In this document: piece after piece, positions 59,994 through 64,000 of the stretch
How the letters are laid out: the number at the start of each line of letters is the position of its first letter
How positions within the stretch are numbered: position 1 is the stretch's first letter
Source of the DNA: the human T2T-CHM13v2.0 reference genome, Homo sapiens
Length of the DNA: 64,000 nucleotides
Direction: 5' to 3' (one strand)
NCBI RefSeq assembly: GCF_009914755.1
Contig: NC_060940.1
Position numbers and translations under genes: made by a program
Notes under the pieces: model-generated
What the model was told of the DNA's origin: nothing
Database searches by the model: none
What the model saw: only the letters and a program-made list of their open reading frames with translations

Positions 59994-61325
59994 GTGATTC
60001 CATTCGAGTACATTAGATGATTCCATTCGATTCCATTCAATGATGATTCTATTTGTGTCCCTTAGATGATTCCACAAGATTCCAGTAGATGATGATACTA
60101 TTTGAGCCCATCCAATGATTCCCTTCGATATCATTCGATGAGGATTCCATTCGATTCAATTCATTGGTGATTCTATTCAATTCAATTCTTTGATTCCATT
60201 CCATTCCATTCGACAATGATTCCATTTGATTTCTTTCGATGATTCCACTCGATTCCACTTGACATTGATTCCATTCGATTCCATTCAATGATTCCATTTG
60301 ATTCCAGTGGATGATGATTGCCATCGATTCCATTCGATCACTCCATTCTATTCCATTTGATGATGATTACATTCGATTCCATTTGACGATTCCATCTGAT
60401 TCTATTCGAGGATTCCATTTGATTCCATTCGATGATGATTCCATTCGAGTCCATTCGATGATTTCTTTCGAGTACATCCAATGATTCCATTCGAGTCCAT
60501 TTGATGATTCCATTTGATTCCATTTGATAATGATTCTACTAGAGTCCATTCAATGACTCCATTCGAGTCCATTCAACAATTCCATTCGACTCCATTTGAT
60601 GATTCCATTCGATTCCATTTGATGATTCCATTCGAGTCCATTTAATCATTACAGTCGAGTCCATTTGGTGATTCCACCGGATTTCTTTTGATAATGATAC
60701 CATTCAATTACATTTGATGATGATCCCATTCAATTTCATTTGATGATGATTCCATTAGAGTCCATTCGATGATTTCATTCGAGTCCCTTCATTGATTCCA
60801 TCCGATTTCATTGGATGATGACTCCATTCGAGTCCATTCGATGATTCCACTCGATTCCATTAGATGACTCCATTGGAGTCCATTTGATTGTTCCATTCGA
60901 TTCCATTCGATTCCTTTCGAAGATTATTCCATTTGAGTCCATTCGATGATGATTCCATTCCATTCCATTCGATGATTCCGTTTGATTCCATTCGATGATT
61001 CCCTTCGATTCCTTTCTTTGATGATTCCATTCCATTCCATTCAATGATTCCATTCGAATCTATTCCATGATGATTCCTTTCGATTCCATTCGCTGATGTT
61101 TCCGTTCAATTCCATTCGATGATGATTCCATTCGATTCCATTCATTGAGGATTCCATTTGATTCCATTCAATGATGATTCCGTTCTATTCCATTCAATGA
61201 TTGCATTCAATTCCATTCAATGATTATCCCCTTAGAGTAAACTCAATGATTCCATTCAATACCATTCGATGATGATTCCTTTTGAGTCCATTCAATGATT
61301 TCATTCAAGTCCATTTGATGATTCC
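59994..61325 (+). repeat. Truncated HOR unit (first ~1.32 kb), ending at a junction that skips 2,120 bp
   Basis: caagtccatttgatgattcc (canonical offset ~1321) is joined to attcaattccattcgatgatgattccgtacg (offset ~3441 region). Confidence 0.9.
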
Positions 61326-62734
61326 ATTCAATTCCATTCGATGATGATTCCGTACGATTCCATTCTGTGATGATTCCATGTGATTGCATTCAATGATGAT
61401 TCCTTTCGACTGCATTCGATTATGATTCATTTCGTGTTCATTCTATGGTTCCACAGGTTTCCATTCGATGACGTTTCCGTTCGTCTCCATTCCATTATTC
61501 CATTCTATTTCATTTGATGATGATTCCATTCGATTCCATTCATTGGTGATTCCACTCAATTCCATTCAATGATTCCATTCCATTTCTTTCAACAATGATT
61601 CCATTAGTTTCTATTCGATGATCCACTTGATTCCATTTGGCGATGATTCCATTCGTGTCCATTCGATGATTCCATTTGATTCCATATGATGATGATTCCA
61701 TTCGATTCCATACCATGATGATTCCATTCGAGTCCATTCAATGGTGATTCCATTCAATTCCATTCGATGATTCCTTCCGATTCCATTCGATGATGATGGC
61801 ATTCGATTCCTTTCGATCATTCCCTTTGATTCCATTCAAAGGTGATTTCATTCAAGTCCATTCGATAATTGCATTCGATTCCATTCTATGATGATTCCAT
61901 TCGAGTCCATTTGATGATTCCATTCAATTCAAGTCAATGATGATTCCATTCGATTCCACTCGATGATTCCATTGGATTCCATTCGATGATGATTCCATTC
62001 AAATCCATTCGATAATTCAATTCAAGTCCATTCGATGATGATTCCAATCGAATCCATTCAAAGATTCCATTCAATTCCATTCGATGATGATTCCCTTAGA
62101 TTCCATTCGATGATTCCACTTGATTCCATTTACGATGATTCCATTCGATTCCATGTGATGAATCCATTCAATTCTATTCAATGATGTTTCCATTTGATTC
62201 CATTGGACCATGATTGCCTTTGATTCCATTCAATGATTCCATTCGGTTCCATTTGATGATGATTCCTTTCGATTCCATTTCATTATTCCATTTGATTCCA
62301 TTGGATGAGTCCATTCGATTACATTCGATGATTATTCCATTCGAGTGCATTAGATGATTGCATGCGAGTCCATTCGATGATTCCATTCGATTCCATTCGA
62401 TGTTGATTCTGTTCAAATCCATTCGATGATTCCACTCGATTCCATTCGATGACTCCATTTGATCCCATTTGATGATTTCCTGTGATTCCCTTTGATGATC
62501 ATTCTATTTGATTCAATTCGGTGATTTCATTTCATTGCATTCAGTGATGTTTCCATTCGACTGTATTCGATGATGATTCCATTCGACTCCATTCGATTAT
62601 GATTTCATTCAATTCCATTCAATAATGATTCCCTTCGAGTCCATTCGATGATTCCATTCGATTCCATTCAACGATGATTTGATTCGTTTCCATTCGATGA
62701 TTCCATTTGATTCCACTTGATGATGATTCCATTC

Positions 62735-64000
62735 GAGTCTATTTATGTATTATATTCGTGTCCACTTCATGATTCCATTCAATTCCATTTAATGTTGATT
62801 CCATTTGATTCCATTTGATGATTCAGTTCGATTCCTTGCAATGATTCCCTACGATTCCTTTCTCTGATGATTCCATTCGATTCCATTCATTGATGATTTC
62901 ATTCGACTCCATTCGATGATGATTCCTTTCGATTCCATTTGACGATGTTTCCATTCGAGTCCATTCGATGATGATTCTATTCAATTCTGTTCTATTATGA
63001 TTCCATTCGATTTCATTCAATGCTTCTATTTGATTCCATTCGATGATGATTCCATCTCTTCCCCTTCGATGATTCCATTTGATTCCATTCAGTGATGATT
63101 CCATTTGATTCCATCTGATGATGATTTCACTTGATTCCTTTCAATGATGATTCAATTCAAGTCCATTCGATGATTCCATTGGAGTCCAAACGATCATTCC
63201 GTTCGATTCCATTCAATGGTGATTCCATTCATGTCCATTCGATGAATCCATTCAATTCCATTCGATGATGACTCCATTCGAGTACATTCGATGATTCCAT
63301 TTGATTCCATTTGAAGATGATTCCATTCAATTCCATTCGAAGATGATTCCATTCAATTCCATTCGATGATGATTCCGTATGAATCCATTCTCTGATTATT
63401 CCATTCGATTCCATTCATTGACGATTCCATTCAATTCCATTCAATGATGATTCTCTTCTATTCCATTCGATGATTCCGGTCGATTCCATTCGATGATGAT
63501 TCCATTAGATTCCATTCGATTGTTGCATTCGATTCCCTTCGATGATGATTCCTTTGAATTCCATTCGATTATCATTCCGTATGAATCCATTTGATGATTA
63601 TTCCATTGGATTCCTTTCGATGATGATTCCATTCGATTCCATTTGATGATGTTTCTCTTGTATTCCATTGGATAATTCCTTTCAGTTCCCTTCGATGATT
63701 ATTCTTTCGAGTCAATTCGATGATTCTATTCCATTCCCTTCGATGATGATTCCATTTCACTCCATTTGATGATTCCATTCGACTCAATTTGGTGATGATT
63801 CAATTCGATGACATTCGATGACTCCATTCAATTTCATTTGATGATGATTACATTCGAGTCCATTTGATGATTGTATTCCTTTCCTTTTGATGATTATTCC
63901 ATTCGTGTCTATTCAAAGGTTCCATTCTATTCCATTCAATGATGATTGCATTTGATTCCATTCAATGATTATGGCTATCGATTCCACTCGTTGATTCCAT
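62735..64000 (+). repeat. Block X, copy 3 (cut by window end)
   Basis: gagtctatttatgtattatattcg at 62735 and gattatggctatcg near 63967; ORF 40844 maps to 62823. Confidence 0.9.

Larger units (their letters stand above)
1..64000 (+). repeat. Human satellite II (HSat2/HSATII) pericentromeric tandem array, CATTC strand on +
   Basis: Continuous diverged ATTCC/ATTCG pentamers punctuated by (GAT)1-2, e.g. gatgatgattccattcgattccattc and gattccattcgagtccattc. Very dense TCGA and GANTC sites. This is the HSat2 23/26-bp pattern rather than the long pure (CATTC)n runs of HSat3. No strand switch seen. Confidence 0.98.

Noticed and set aside
92-63787. Numerous minus-strand ORFs of 60-132 aa (MESSNGIEWNH-like repeats)
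   Set aside because: They are direct translations of GAATG/ATC satellite modules. They overlap in several frames, open and close with single SNPs between units, and show no domain or gene structure. The strand bias arises because the + strand is full of TGA stops.
1-64000. CRISPR-like or repeat-spacer array, or a novel prokaryotic system
   Set aside because: There are no constant repeats separated by unique spacers, no cas or other genes and no leader. All sequence is degenerate copies of the same satellite module.
1-64000. HSat3, alpha satellite or telomeric repeat assignment
   Set aside because: Pure CATTC runs are only ~3-4 units long and GATGAT/TCGA modules dominate. I saw no 171-bp monomer, CENP-B box or TTAGGG arrays.

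Overview
The entire 64 kb window is pericentromeric classical satellite DNA of the human satellite II type (HSat2/HSATII). It consists of diverged CATTC/GAATG pentamers arranged as 23/26-bp (ATTCCATTCG)2(ATG)1-2 modules, with the C-rich strand on + throughout. I found no credible gene, RNA gene, transposon or CRISPR array; every listed ORF is a translation artefact of the satellite. The informative signal is architectural. (1) A ~6,112-bp higher-order repeat (HOR) has unit starts at 1, 6110, 12222, 18334, 24875, 30987, 37076, 45865, 53866 and 59994. From recall, a ~6.1 kb period is described for the HSat2B array on human chr16q, but that placement was not verified. (2) A homogenised block (units 2-7) shows a three-unit, 18,742-bp super-period in shared SNPs. 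(3) Unit 4 carries a 429-bp microhomology-flanked duplication. (4) From ~38.85 kb the array becomes a mosaic containing a 1,831-bp HSat2 segment absent from the 6.1 kb unit (three copies), an 8,001-bp tandem duplication and three different large junctions. I found no novel coding or defence system; the findings concern satellite evolution. Coordinates were counted by eye and junction positions are approximate.
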